DNA of 64,000 bases from Gammaproteobacteria bacterium (lineage in GTDB: Bacteria > Pseudomonadota > Gammaproteobacteria > UBA4575). Positions 40,279 to 49,488 of the stretch are shown one piece after another (within the stretch, counting starts at the first letter, position 1; every line of letters begins with the position of its first letter). The notes beneath the pieces were generated by a model. It did no database searches and was not told the origin of the DNA. It saw only the letters and a list, made by a program, of their open reading frames with translations. The translations under genes were made by a program, and so were the position numbers. Location of the stretch: the NCBI GenBank assembly GCA_965222615.1, contig CBDCUI010000009.1:960001-1024000 (forward strand), written 5' to 3'.

Positions 40279-42402
40279 ATGGCAGTTAATCCAAATATTG
40301 AAACCGCATTCGGTGGTTGTCCTCACGATTGTCCTGACACCTGTGCAATGGTGTTTTATATTGAAGATGGAAAAGTGGTGGGTGTTAGAGGTAATAAAGA
40401 TCATCCCATGACGCGAGGGGGGTTGTGCGTTAAGTTAAAAGATTACGAAAAGCGTCACTATCACCCTGATCGTGTTTTATATCCGCTGCGTCGCACCGGC
40501 CCCAAAGGCAGCAAACAATTTGAGCGTATTACCTGGGATGAAGCACTGGATGAAATCACTACGAAATGGAAAGCCATCATAGAAGAATATGGACCTCAAG
40601 CGATCATTCCTTATAGTTACCTAGGTCATCAAGGACTTGTGCACGGTTTAAACGGCGGTGATGCATTTTTTAATCGCATGGGTGCGACAGTATGTGAACG
40701 TACCTTTTGTGGTGAAGGCTCATGTACCGCTTGGCTGTTAACCGTTGGACCCACAGCGGGTGTTGACCCGGAAAGCTATATTCATTCCAAATATATCGTT
40801 ATCTGGGCGTGTAATAGCATGAGCACTAACCTGCATCATTGGCACATTGTCCAGGATGCAAAAAAGAAAGGTGCCAAGGTAGTTGTCATTGATGCCTATG
40901 CTTCACGCACGGCAAAACAGGCCGATTGGCATATCGCACCTAAACCAGGCACGGATGGTGCATTAGCGATGGCAGTTATTAATAGTCTTATCGAACAAGA
41001 TTTAGTAGATAAAGATTATGTTGAGAACCACACGGTTGGTTATGACGAATTGGCGGAACGCGCTAAAGATCGTACACCTGAGTGGGCAGAAGAAATCACG
41101 GGTGTAGCAGCGAGTGATATTCGAAAACTTGCAAAAGAATTAGCTATTGAACAACCGGCAGCAATACGTATGGGTGTCGCACTTGAACGGCATCATGGTG
41201 GTGGTCAGACCATACGCGCAGTGACGAGCATTCCCGCTTTAACGGGTGCTTGGCGTCACGTCGGTGGAGGTGTAACTCAATTTCCTGTTTGGGAACACCC
41301 TTATAGGTTTGATGTGATATGCAGACCTGATTTAATCCCACAAGGCACACGCGTTATAAATAATCTACAGATTGGGCGGGCATTAACTGGCGAAATGGAC
41401 CTAGATATCCCGATTAAATCGATGATGTGCTGGAATTCAAATCCAGTCACACAAGCCCCAGAGTCAGATAAGATTGTTAAAGGTTTAATGAATGAAGATT
41501 TATTCCTGGTCTCAGCTGAGCATTTCATTTCTGATACGGCTTCTTATGCCGATATCGTATTGCCAGCCTCTATGGGTGCCGAATTGGAAGACATTATTTT
41601 GTCATGGGGGCATTTATATCTGACCTACAATGCCAAGAGTGTTGAATCACCGGGAGAAGCGATCCCCAACAATGAAATTTTCCGCAGGCTCGCTGAACGT
41701 ATGGAATTTGATGATGATCAATTCAAATGGTCAGACTCTGAATGTCTGGAGAACTATATTGATTGGGATGCACCAGCCTGTGATGGCATTAATTTGGATT
41801 ATCTTCGCAACAATGGTTTTGCCCGTTTGAATGTTGGCACTAAAGATGATCGCAGCCCACATAAAGAAGGTAATTTTCCGACACCCTCAGGTAAATGTGA
41901 GTTTAAGGTTGAAGACGCAACTAACTTTGTTGCTGGGCCATTCCGTCAGATGTATGAAGGGCTCCAACCTGGCGAACCACTAGATAGTTTGCCGGATTAC
42001 GTACCACCAAGAGAGTCTGCACAGTCCAACCCGGATCTGGCAAAGAAATATCCATTAAATATTGTCTCACCCAAGAGCCATGGTTTTTTGAATTCTTGTT
42101 ATGCCAATATGGCGCACAAGATCAAAGGCCAAGGAGAACAATTTGTGTTAATTAATGCTGAGGATGCAAAATCAAGAGGTATAACGGATGGCGATAAAGT
42201 ACATGTATTTAATGATCGCGGAGGCTTCGAAGGCGACGCCAAAATTACCGAAGATGTCAATCCCGGTTTAGTTGTTGCAACACTTGGTTATTGGCGACAG
42301 TTAACCAAAGGGACAGTTAATATTATTAGTTCAGCTGAGTTTGTAAATATGGGACATGCACCTACATTTTCAGACAATCTGGTACAAGTAGAATTAGTTT
42401 AA
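40279..42402 (+). CDS. molybdopterin-dependent oxidoreductase (MopB superfamily)
   Basis: Strong RBS GGAGG; CPHDCPDTC...GGLCVK Fe-S motif; PGTDGALA; TASYADIVLP; C-terminal molydop-binding domain. Confidence 0.9.
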   Translation: MAVNPNIETAFGGCPHDCPDTCAMVFYIEDGKVVGVRGNKDHPMTRGGLCVKLKDYEKRHYHPDRVLYPLRRTGPKGSKQFERITWDEALDEITTKWKAIIEEYGPQAIIPYSYLGHQGLVHGLNGGDAFFNRMGATVCERTFCGEGSCTAWLLTVGPTAGVDPESYIHSKYIVIWACNSMSTNLHHWHIVQDAKKKGAKVVVIDAYASRTAKQADWHIAPKPGTDGALAMAVINSLIEQDLVDKDYVENHTVGYDELAERAKDRTPEWAEEITGVAASDIRKLAKELAIEQPAAIRMGVALERHHGGGQTIRAVTSIPALTGAWRHVGGGVTQFPVWEHPYRFDVICRPDLIPQGTRVINNLQIGRALTGEMDLDIPIKSMMCWNSNPVTQAPESDKIVKGLMNEDLFLVSAEHFISDTASYADIVLPASMGAELEDIILSWGHLYLTYNAKSVESPGEAIPNNEIFRRLAERMEFDDDQFKWSDSECLENYIDWDAPACDGINLDYLRNNGFARLNVGTKDDRSPHKEGNFPTPSGKCEFKVEDATNFVAGPFRQMYEGLQPGEPLDSLPDYVPPRESAQSNPDLAKKYPLNIVSPKSHGFLNSCYANMAHKIKGQGEQFVLINAEDAKSRGITDGDKVHVFNDRGGFEGDAKITEDVNPGLVVATLGYWRQLTKGTVNIISSAEFVNMGHAPTFSDNLVQVELV

Positions 42403-42418
42403 TTTAAGTCAAAAATAT

Positions 42419-42526
42419 AGAGGGTCAAATTTACGTTTTAGAATACAAATGATATTCACAGCCAATTGAGCGGTATTTATACTTTGCATAGCTTTGGTTT
42501 TCTTCTATAACGTAGACGTGCCCTCT
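42419..42526. repeat. ~108-bp element with imperfect terminal inverted repeats (REPIN/MITE-like)
   Basis: AGAGGGTCAAATTTACGTTTTAGAA (42419-42443) vs reverse complement of 42503-42526, AGAGGGCACGTCTACGTTATAGAA. Confidence 0.5.
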
Positions 42527-42599
42527 TTTTTCGACCTAAGGCGGACATTTTAAATGTACCTTTTTATACATATATAGAAGTTTGCATTTTTAGGAACTA

Positions 42600-42920
42600 T
42601 TAAACTTTACAATCGTTACCCTCTAACTGCCACGATTGAACCAGGTCATTAGTAGAAACGCCGACGGTGATTTTGCAATATTTTGGCACTGTATCGATAG
42701 TGCCTTCAATAGGCGTATTAGCCAGTCCTTCGTCAAACATCCAAGAATACAGTGTATTACCATTTGAAAGATCGCTTATATCATTTGGCGTTCCCCAATG
42801 CTGAATTAATCCGTTTACATCATGACCAATCCACGTGCTTAAATTCCATTCAAGATTTTCTCTTGAAGCACATCCGTCCAACAAAATAAAAAGAATGACT
42901 ACAAATAAAGTCCATTTCAT
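42600..42920 (-). CDS. hypothetical lipoprotein (106 aa)
   Basis: RBS aggagg; lipobox-like LDGC; WIGHD...LIQHWGTP. Confidence 0.7.
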   Translation of the reverse strand: MKWTLFVVILFILLDGCASRENLEWNLSTWIGHDVNGLIQHWGTPNDISDLSNGNTLYSWMFDEGLANTPIEGTIDTVPKYCKITVGVSTNDLVQSWQLEGNDCKV

Positions 42921-43031
42921 AGCTCCTCCTACAATTGATTTTTTTATTTTAGTAAAAGTATTTTATAATTAATTATTCTTAGTTGCAGAAGTTTAATTAA
43001 CTTACTGATTTAATAAATGGCCGCTAACGAT

Positions 43032-43058
43032 GGCGGTCTCAATGGGTGGATGCAACAC
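43032..43058. mobile_element. possible orphan IS30-family terminal repeat
   Basis: GGCGGTCTCAATGGGTGGATGCAACAC resembles GGCG..TCAA...TGCAACAC ends of IS30-family elements as recalled from memory; no transposase nearby. Confidence 0.35.
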
Positions 43059-43172
43059 TTTGAAATAGAGTGAAAAAAGGCTGCAAAAGCTAAGAGAAAT
43101 GCAATTACATCAACATCTTAAGATGTAGATCAATAAAAGATGGCTCGAAGCAAGTAATAATGCAGTATTTAT

Positions 43173-44192
43173 TGTGTGATTCACAGACATGGTTTCAAAT
43201 TTCTGACTTGTAAATCTAGCTGGTAGTTAGCTTTTTGTATACGTTCTTTTTCAGGATGATAGTCTTTTAGGACTTCTTCTCTAAGAGGGGTTTTATCCAG
43301 TAAGTGGCAAACTTTCTCCATAAGGGTTTTGCCTTTTAAGGAGCCATGTGTACGTTGCCAATTATAGTAGTGTTGCCATTCTGGAAGAGTGAGTTGCAAC
43401 TCATCAAGATCAAGTTTTGCGGTTGCATAAAATTCTTCTTTATCAGTTCGTTGAGAGCGTTCAACTTTACCGTTAAGATGAGGGGAGCCAGGTTTATTGG
43501 GCCTGAATTTAATGCCGTGTTCCATCATTTTTTCTTGAACCTTTACAGCAAAAAACTCACGCCCTCGATCTGTTTGTATACGTTGAATAGGAAAAGGCAT
43601 CTCTTCAATCACTTGTTCTAGAAATTGCAATGTATTGGCTGCTGTACGTCTTGAGAAGGCCGCTAAAACCCTGTATCTAGAGCAATCATCAATCGCCGTG
43701 TATTGGTAAATACCATGTGTAATTTTACTGGTATCCATCTGTATGCGATCACCAGGTATCGGCCTTTGATATCGAATATAGCCCGCTTTCTTTCGATTAC
43801 GCTTAAGTGGCTTAACGTGATGCTTAGTCAGTATTTTGTGAATCGTTGCTAGTGATAAAGAGTAGTCATGCTCACGTAAAAGTTCGTTTTGAATACGTCT
43901 TGCACCGAGTTTACGCTGCTTTCTAAGGCTCAGTATCCAAGCTTCTTCTTGTTGACCAACTTTTGTATTAGGTGAGTGATGAGGCCGTCTACTGCAATCT
44001 CGTAAACCATTTAAGTCATCTTTCTCATAACGCTTCAACCATTTGCGTAAAGTGGGTCTTGAAATACCACAACGACGACAAACTAACCCTGCATTTTGGG
44101 TTTCCATATACAGGTCAACCCATACCAATCTTTGTTTTACTTGCTTGTTCATAGGCATCCATTTTAGTGAAAGGATGTCTGTGAATCACACA
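43173..44192 (-). mobile_element. IS481-family element A (1020 bp)
   Basis: Perfect 18-bp TIR TGTGTGATTCACAGACAT (43173-43190 / 44175-44192), TGT...ACA ends; no TSD visible. Confidence 0.9.
43181..44158 (-). CDS. IS481-family transposase
   Basis: HTH (GISRPTLRKW); DDE residues in IQMD, QTDRGREF, NGKVERSQ. Confidence 0.92.
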   Translation of the reverse strand: MPMNKQVKQRLVWVDLYMETQNAGLVCRRCGISRPTLRKWLKRYEKDDLNGLRDCSRRPHHSPNTKVGQQEEAWILSLRKQRKLGARRIQNELLREHDYSLSLATIHKILTKHHVKPLKRNRKKAGYIRYQRPIPGDRIQMDTSKITHGIYQYTAIDDCSRYRVLAAFSRRTAANTLQFLEQVIEEMPFPIQRIQTDRGREFFAVKVQEKMMEHGIKFRPNKPGSPHLNGKVERSQRTDKEEFYATAKLDLDELQLTLPEWQHYYNWQRTHGSLKGKTLMEKVCHLLDKTPLREEVLKDYHPEKERIQKANYQLDLQVRNLKPCL

Positions 44193-44282
44193 CCTGATGA
44201 ATTCCAATTAATGAACTGAACGTTCACTTCTTGCCGAGGTGTAGTAAATTATTTTACTAGATTGCTTCGCTATACTCGCAAT

Positions 44283-45363
44283 TGTATGTGTTATCTAATT
44301 CGTTGATAGATTTTGTAGCATGGAAGCGGGAGTTTTGCCATCAATACCTTGATGGGCTCTCGCTTCATTGTAATAAATTAAGTAGGCACTCAGTTCATCT
44401 GCAAAGTGTTTTTCTGAGGTAAAGTAAGTACCATCAATCAAATCTTCGTTCAAGGTTCTCCAAAAGCGTTCCACTTTGCCATTGGTTTGTGGACGATAAG
44501 GTCTTGTATAGCGATGTTTGATGCCCATCTCTAGTAACATGCGCTCAAAGGCATGTTTGGGTTTTTGTTTCGACTCTTTGACTCCGAACTCCGGTCCATT
44601 ATCTGTCAGGACTTCTGCAAACTGAATCCCATATTGACTCGATAAATAGTTGAAACAACGCAGCGTAGCAAACATCACCGTTAGACTTTGAATATCCTCG
44701 ACCACTTGCGCCCAGGCAATACGACTGTAGGCATCCACCACACACACTAAATAGCGACGCTTGGATTCATTGGCAATCATATCCTTACTCAAGTGATGAC
44801 AGTCTATATGGGCGAGCTCGCCTGCCTTTTCTCGAATAATGCGGCGTTTTTCTTCTTGCATAGCAGGCCTTAATCGGTTCACTCCATGACGTTTGAAGAT
44901 CTGATAGATACATGATGGCGAGGGCGTATTCTGACCTAATTTCGCTTGTAAGATAAGATGAATCTCATAGCGATTATTGCCTTGCGCACGCGCTTTGAGG
45001 ACTTGCGCTTCGATCTGCGGACAAGTGCGTCGAGTACGCCATTTCGGCCCACGTTTGGCGGGTAATAAAGAAACCACATTACCACTTTGACGATAGCGTG
45101 CGTAGTATTTTAAAAACGTTTGAGGACAAGTACCGTGGGCCGCATAGAAGTCTTTGACCCGGCGATACTGCGGGTGCTGCTTGGCTTTAACTTGTTCGTA
45201 TTCAGCTATTAGATATTGATATTTCTGAATGTAGTTCTTCTTTAACGTGCTATCTCGACTGTTGATTCGCATGATGGCTTCTCCTCCTGTTCCGAGTTGC
45301 TTAGACACTTATCTAAGATTATCGGATGAGTGATTTTCATCAACGATTTACGTAACCTATACA
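44283..45363 (-). mobile_element. IS481-family element B (1081 bp) with 5-bp TSD
   Basis: Imperfect 25-bp TIR TGTATGTGTTATCTAATTCGTTGAT vs TGTATAGGTTACGTAAATCGTTGAT; GCAAT at 44278-44282 and 45364-45368. Confidence 0.9.
44295..45272 (-). CDS. IS481-family transposase
   Basis: HIDCH, VDAYSR, LTDNGPEF, PYRPQTNGKVERF; likely start ATG 45272 downstream of AGGAGG. Confidence 0.9.
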   Translation of the reverse strand: MRINSRDSTLKKNYIQKYQYLIAEYEQVKAKQHPQYRRVKDFYAAHGTCPQTFLKYYARYRQSGNVVSLLPAKRGPKWRTRRTCPQIEAQVLKARAQGNNRYEIHLILQAKLGQNTPSPSCIYQIFKRHGVNRLRPAMQEEKRRIIREKAGELAHIDCHHLSKDMIANESKRRYLVCVVDAYSRIAWAQVVEDIQSLTVMFATLRCFNYLSSQYGIQFAEVLTDNGPEFGVKESKQKPKHAFERMLLEMGIKHRYTRPYRPQTNGKVERFWRTLNEDLIDGTYFTSEKHFADELSAYLIYYNEARAHQGIDGKTPASMLQNLSTN

Positions 45364-45387
45364 GCAATGACAAAAAACTAGACTGCC

Positions 45388-46029
45388 CTAGTGACGCGTC
45401 TCATTTGAATCAACAATATCGCCCGCATCCGTAACGACCCCTAATTGAACTTTTGCATCATCCTCGGGGATGGGCAGATCCAATTCAGGATGAGTTTGAT
45501 CCAAATCTGCTAGCTCCGCCAAGCTGGGTAATTCATTCAATGATTTCAAATTAAAATAATCCAAAAATTGTTTCGTGCTGCCATAAAGTGCAGGACGACC
45601 TGGTACTTCCTTATGCCCGATTACGCGAACCCATTCACGTTCCAATAGGGTTTTAATGATATGGCTGCTCACACTTACTCCACGTACTTCTTCGATTTCA
45701 CCTCTAGTGATCGGTTGCCGATAAACAATTAATGACAATGTCTCTAACAAAGCACGTGAATAACGTGGTGGCTTTTCTTGCCACAAACGCGCCACCCAGG
45801 GTTGCACTTCTACTCGTGTTTGATAACGATAGCCACTTGCTACACGCTTGAGTTCTACACCTCTGCCTTCACACTCATCTTGTAGTTTTTTTATCGCCTT
45901 TTTAATTTGCTCACGCGTTGGCTTTTGATCATCAGACTCAAATAATTGCAATAAACGATCAATATTACATGCGGTATCGGCTGCCATTAAGGCAGCTTCG
46001 ATTATTTGTTTTACCTGATTATCTTTCAT
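45388..46029 (-). CDS. scpB: SMC-Scp complex subunit ScpB
   Basis: YSRALLETL, YRQPITRGEIEEVRGV, PGRPALY. Confidence 0.93.
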   Translation of the reverse strand: MKDNQVKQIIEAALMAADTACNIDRLLQLFESDDQKPTREQIKKAIKKLQDECEGRGVELKRVASGYRYQTRVEVQPWVARLWQEKPPRYSRALLETLSLIVYRQPITRGEIEEVRGVSVSSHIIKTLLEREWVRVIGHKEVPGRPALYGSTKQFLDYFNLKSLNELPSLAELADLDQTHPELDLPIPEDDAKVQLGVVTDAGDIVDSNETRH

Positions 46030-46862
46030 AATTCATTATCTTCAATTGGGCCCTTAACGGCCGGTTTTACGTAAATTGGCGCAAAATCTTCAGACTGCAC
46101 CAGTTCGATCACTCGATCCTTGATGAGCTCTAGCAAAGCAAGAAAGGTAACAATGACACCACTGCGCCCCTCTTCGATTTCAAAAAATCGCTTAAATTCC
46201 ACAAAGTCTTCAACACTTAACATGCTCAAAATTTTTGACATGCGTTCTCTTACAGATAGTGGTTCGCGCTGAATATGATGACTAGCAAACATCTCTGCGC
46301 GCTGCATAACTTCACGAAACGCAAATATAATATCCTTTAAGTCCACACTAGGTTGCGGACGCTCTGATTCGTATTCTGATTGCAATACTGAGACCGTAAA
46401 GATATTTCGATACATACGTGGAAGCTCGTTAATATCTTCTGCAACTTTTTTAAACCTTTCATACTCTTGTAAACGTCGTATTAATTCCGCGCGTGGATCT
46501 TCATCTTCATCTTCTTCAACAGGTCGTGGCAACAACATACGCGATTTGATTTCAGCCAGCATCGCAGCCATCACTAAATACTCTGCGGCAAGCTCAAGTC
46601 GCATCTCTTTCATCAAGTCGATGTATTGCATGTATTGTTGTGTAATCTGGAAAATGGGCAAAGTCAAAATATCCAGATTCTGACGTTTAATTAAATACAA
46701 CAGTAAATCAAAAGGGCCTTCAAAGGCATCTAGAAAAATTTCCAGGGCATCAGGAGGAATATACAAATCTTCTGGAGGGACCGTCATCGGTTCCCCTTTC
46801 ACGACGGCAAAAGGTAACTCCGCTTGAAGATTTTCCTGAGATTTAGGGTCGCTATCGATCAC
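46026..46862 (-). CDS. scpA: segregation and condensation protein ScpA
   Basis: FEGPFDLLLYLI, AAEYLVMAAMLAEIKSRMLLP, FLALLEL. Confidence 0.93.
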   Translation of the reverse strand: MIDSDPKSQENLQAELPFAVVKGEPMTVPPEDLYIPPDALEIFLDAFEGPFDLLLYLIKRQNLDILTLPIFQITQQYMQYIDLMKEMRLELAAEYLVMAAMLAEIKSRMLLPRPVEEDEDEDPRAELIRRLQEYERFKKVAEDINELPRMYRNIFTVSVLQSEYESERPQPSVDLKDIIFAFREVMQRAEMFASHHIQREPLSVRERMSKILSMLSVEDFVEFKRFFEIEEGRSGVIVTFLALLELIKDRVIELVQSEDFAPIYVKPAVKGPIEDNEL

Positions 46863-46871
46863 ATAAATTCC

Positions 46872-48089
46872 TTACCAATATGATAACCCAATTGCCTGCC
46901 TAACATCATCTAAAGTATCACGGGCTACATCACGCGCCTCTTCACAACCCTCTTTAATGATGCCATAGACTGTAGATTCGTCGTCTGCATATTCGCTGGC
47001 ACGCTCTCGAATTGGTGCTAACTCATTCTCAATCGCATCAATTATCGGTTGTTTACAATCAATGCAACCAATACTCGCACTGCGGCAACCTTCCTCGACC
47101 CAAGTTTTCGTGTCATTGGAGGAATAGATTTCATGAAATTGCCATACTGGGCATTTATTTGGATCGCCTGGATCGGTACGTTTCACACGTGCAGGATCGG
47201 TTGGCATGGTTCGCAGTTTTTTCGCTACGCTCTCAGCATCTTCGCGTAATGAGATGGTATTGTGATAGGACTTAGACATCTTTTGCCCATCCAATCCTGG
47301 CATTTTTGATGCCTTGGTCAATAGCACACTTGGTTCTGGCAAGATGATTTTGCCTTCCCCTTCCAAGTAACCAAACAAACGTTCTTTATCTCCAATGGAG
47401 ATGTTTTGTTGCGATTCTAATAAGGCCCTTGCTACTTCTAGCGATTCAAGATCACCTTTTTCTTGATAGCGTTTGCGATGCTCACGGTAAAGTTTGGCAT
47501 TCTTTTTCCCCATTTTACTGATCGCCAATTTTGCTTTGTCTTCAAAGTCCGGTTCTTTGCCATATAGATGATTAAACCTACGCGCTATCTCCCGCGTTAA
47601 CTCAACATGTGCAATCTGATCTTCACCGACCGGAACGTTACCAGCCTTATAGACTAAAATATCAGCGCCTTGTAATAACGGATAACCTAAAAATCCATAT
47701 GTAGCGAGATCTTTTTCTTTTAATTTTTCTTGCTGGTCCTTATAAGTAGGTACACGCTCTAACCAACCTAATGGTGTAATCATCGATAATAATAAGTGCA
47801 GCTCTGCATGCTCAGGTATATGTGATTGAACAAATAAAGTGGCCGCACTTGGGCTGACCCCAGCTGCTAGCCAATCAATCGTCATGTCCATTACACTTTG
47901 GCTAATAATTTGAGTATTATCATACTCAGTAGTTAATGCGTGCCAGTCCGCAACAAAGAAAAAGCACTCATGCGTATGCTGTAACTCTAACCAGTTATGT
48001 AATACGCCATGTAAATGCCCGAGATGTAATTTACCTGTAGGCCGCATACCCGAAAGCACGCGGTTGTTTTGTGAAGGATTAAAACTCAT
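46872..48089 (-). CDS. trpS: tryptophanyl-tRNA synthetase
   Basis: SGMRPTGKLHLGH, VPVGEDQ, KMSKS. Confidence 0.95.
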   Translation of the reverse strand: MSFNPSQNNRVLSGMRPTGKLHLGHLHGVLHNWLELQHTHECFFFVADWHALTTEYDNTQIISQSVMDMTIDWLAAGVSPSAATLFVQSHIPEHAELHLLLSMITPLGWLERVPTYKDQQEKLKEKDLATYGFLGYPLLQGADILVYKAGNVPVGEDQIAHVELTREIARRFNHLYGKEPDFEDKAKLAISKMGKKNAKLYREHRKRYQEKGDLESLEVARALLESQQNISIGDKERLFGYLEGEGKIILPEPSVLLTKASKMPGLDGQKMSKSYHNTISLREDAESVAKKLRTMPTDPARVKRTDPGDPNKCPVWQFHEIYSSNDTKTWVEEGCRSASIGCIDCKQPIIDAIENELAPIRERASEYADDESTVYGIIKEGCEEARDVARDTLDDVRQAIGLSYW

Positions 48090-48104
48090 CAGTTATAAAT
48101 CAAT

Positions 48105-48803
48105 CTATTCAGATTGTCCGAGTAGTTGATAAAAATAATGTAAAAACTCGCTGGTCTCCACATTAAATAACGACAAAATAAAAAATAAAATATATGAAAA
48201 AGGAATAAAAATTATTCTTCCTAAAAAACCGAATACGAGAAGTCCAATAATTATAATAAACCCATAAGGTTCAATTTTTTTCAACATCCTTGTGAAATTA
48301 TCCGGAGTTAATCCGGCTAGTACTCTGCCACCATCTAAAGGCGGAATAGGCAATAAATTTAAAATCATCAACATCAAATTAATTGCTAACCCCGCAATAC
48401 CCATATAAACGAAAAATTCGGCATGGTTATTTCCGCCATCAGCGCTGCCGATAAAACCTTTTACCACTAATGCCCAGAATATTGCCATAATCAGGTTAGA
48501 AGCAGGGCCAGCTGCGGCTACAATGGTCATATCACGCTTAGGGTTGCCAAGCCGACTTGAATTCACGGGCACGGGTTTTGCCCAGCCAAATAAAAAATTC
48601 CCTGGGAGCAACACCATGATTGCAGGGACCAATATCGTCCCAATCGGATCTATATGCTTAATTGGATTTAAGCTCAGCCGACCCAAGTTGGCAGCAGTTG
48701 GATCACCAAAATACCGTGCCACCCAACCATGAGCAACTTCATGCAAGGTGATGGCAAACAAGACTGGCAACGCCCATATGGCGATCGTTTGAATGACGTT
48801 CAT
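48105..48803 (-). CDS. site-2 protease (M50) family protein
   Basis: HEVAH, AGPASN, NLLPIPPLDGG. Confidence 0.9.
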   Translation of the reverse strand: MNVIQTIAIWALPVLFAITLHEVAHGWVARYFGDPTAANLGRLSLNPIKHIDPIGTILVPAIMVLLPGNFLFGWAKPVPVNSSRLGNPKRDMTIVAAAGPASNLIMAIFWALVVKGFIGSADGGNNHAEFFVYMGIAGLAINLMLMILNLLPIPPLDGGRVLAGLTPDNFTRMLKKIEPYGFIIIIGLLVFGFLGRIIFIPFSYILFFILSLFNVETSEFLHYFYQLLGQSE

Positions 48804-49459
48804 TGACTAGCTCTATTATACCCAGCGTTTGGATAGTCTTGCATTAACCAGCTCGCATCACCTTTGCCTTGACGCAATATAGTTGGATTGGAGTCCATTA
48901 AATCAATTACGGTTGTCGCTTGCACTCCACAAAAACCCCCATCAATGACTAAATCTACCTCGTGTTGCAAAATTTCACGCATCTCTATGGGGTCTGACAG
49001 GGGTTCTGAGGCTCCTGGTAAAATTAATGTACTGCTCATCATCGGTTGATTTAATTCTTCACACAACTGTAATGCGATAGGATGATCAGGAACACGTAAA
49101 CCGATGGTTTTACGTTTTGGTGTTTGTAGTCGACGCGGAACTTCATGGGTTGCCTTTAATAAAAATGTATAGGGCCCTGGGGTACATCGCTTCATAAGAC
49201 GATAACAACTGTTATCGACGATGGCATAATTAGATAACTCTGAAAGGTCTCTGCATACCAAAGTAAAATGGTGTTTCTCGTCAAGTTGACGAATTTTTCG
49301 TATTCTCTGCATCGCATTTTTGTCGCCAATATGACAACCTAACGCATAGCAAGAATCTGTTGGGTATACAATTAACCCACCTTGATCAATAATCTCCACA
49401 GCACGACGAATTAATCGCTTTTGTGGTGTCACTGGATGAATTACAAAGTATTGACTCAT
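48800..49459 (-). CDS. yciO: YciO/Sua5-family L-threonylcarbamoyladenylate synthase-like protein
   Basis: YPTDSCYALGC, PGPYTF, KRKTIGLRVP. Confidence 0.88.
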   Translation of the reverse strand: MSQYFVIHPVTPQKRLIRRAVEIIDQGGLIVYPTDSCYALGCHIGDKNAMQRIRKIRQLDEKHHFTLVCRDLSELSNYAIVDNSCYRLMKRCTPGPYTFLLKATHEVPRRLQTPKRKTIGLRVPDHPIALQLCEELNQPMMSSTLILPGASEPLSDPIEMREILQHEVDLVIDGGFCGVQATTVIDLMDSNPTILRQGKGDASWLMQDYPNAGYNRASQ

Positions 49460-49488
49460 ATGATGATCACTTTATTTGAAAACTAGGT

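Noticed and set aside
47330-47560. Long insertion in TrpS between the catalytic core and KMSKS
   Set aside because: Typical of the ~400-aa beta/gammaproteobacterial TrpRS type; no intein motifs
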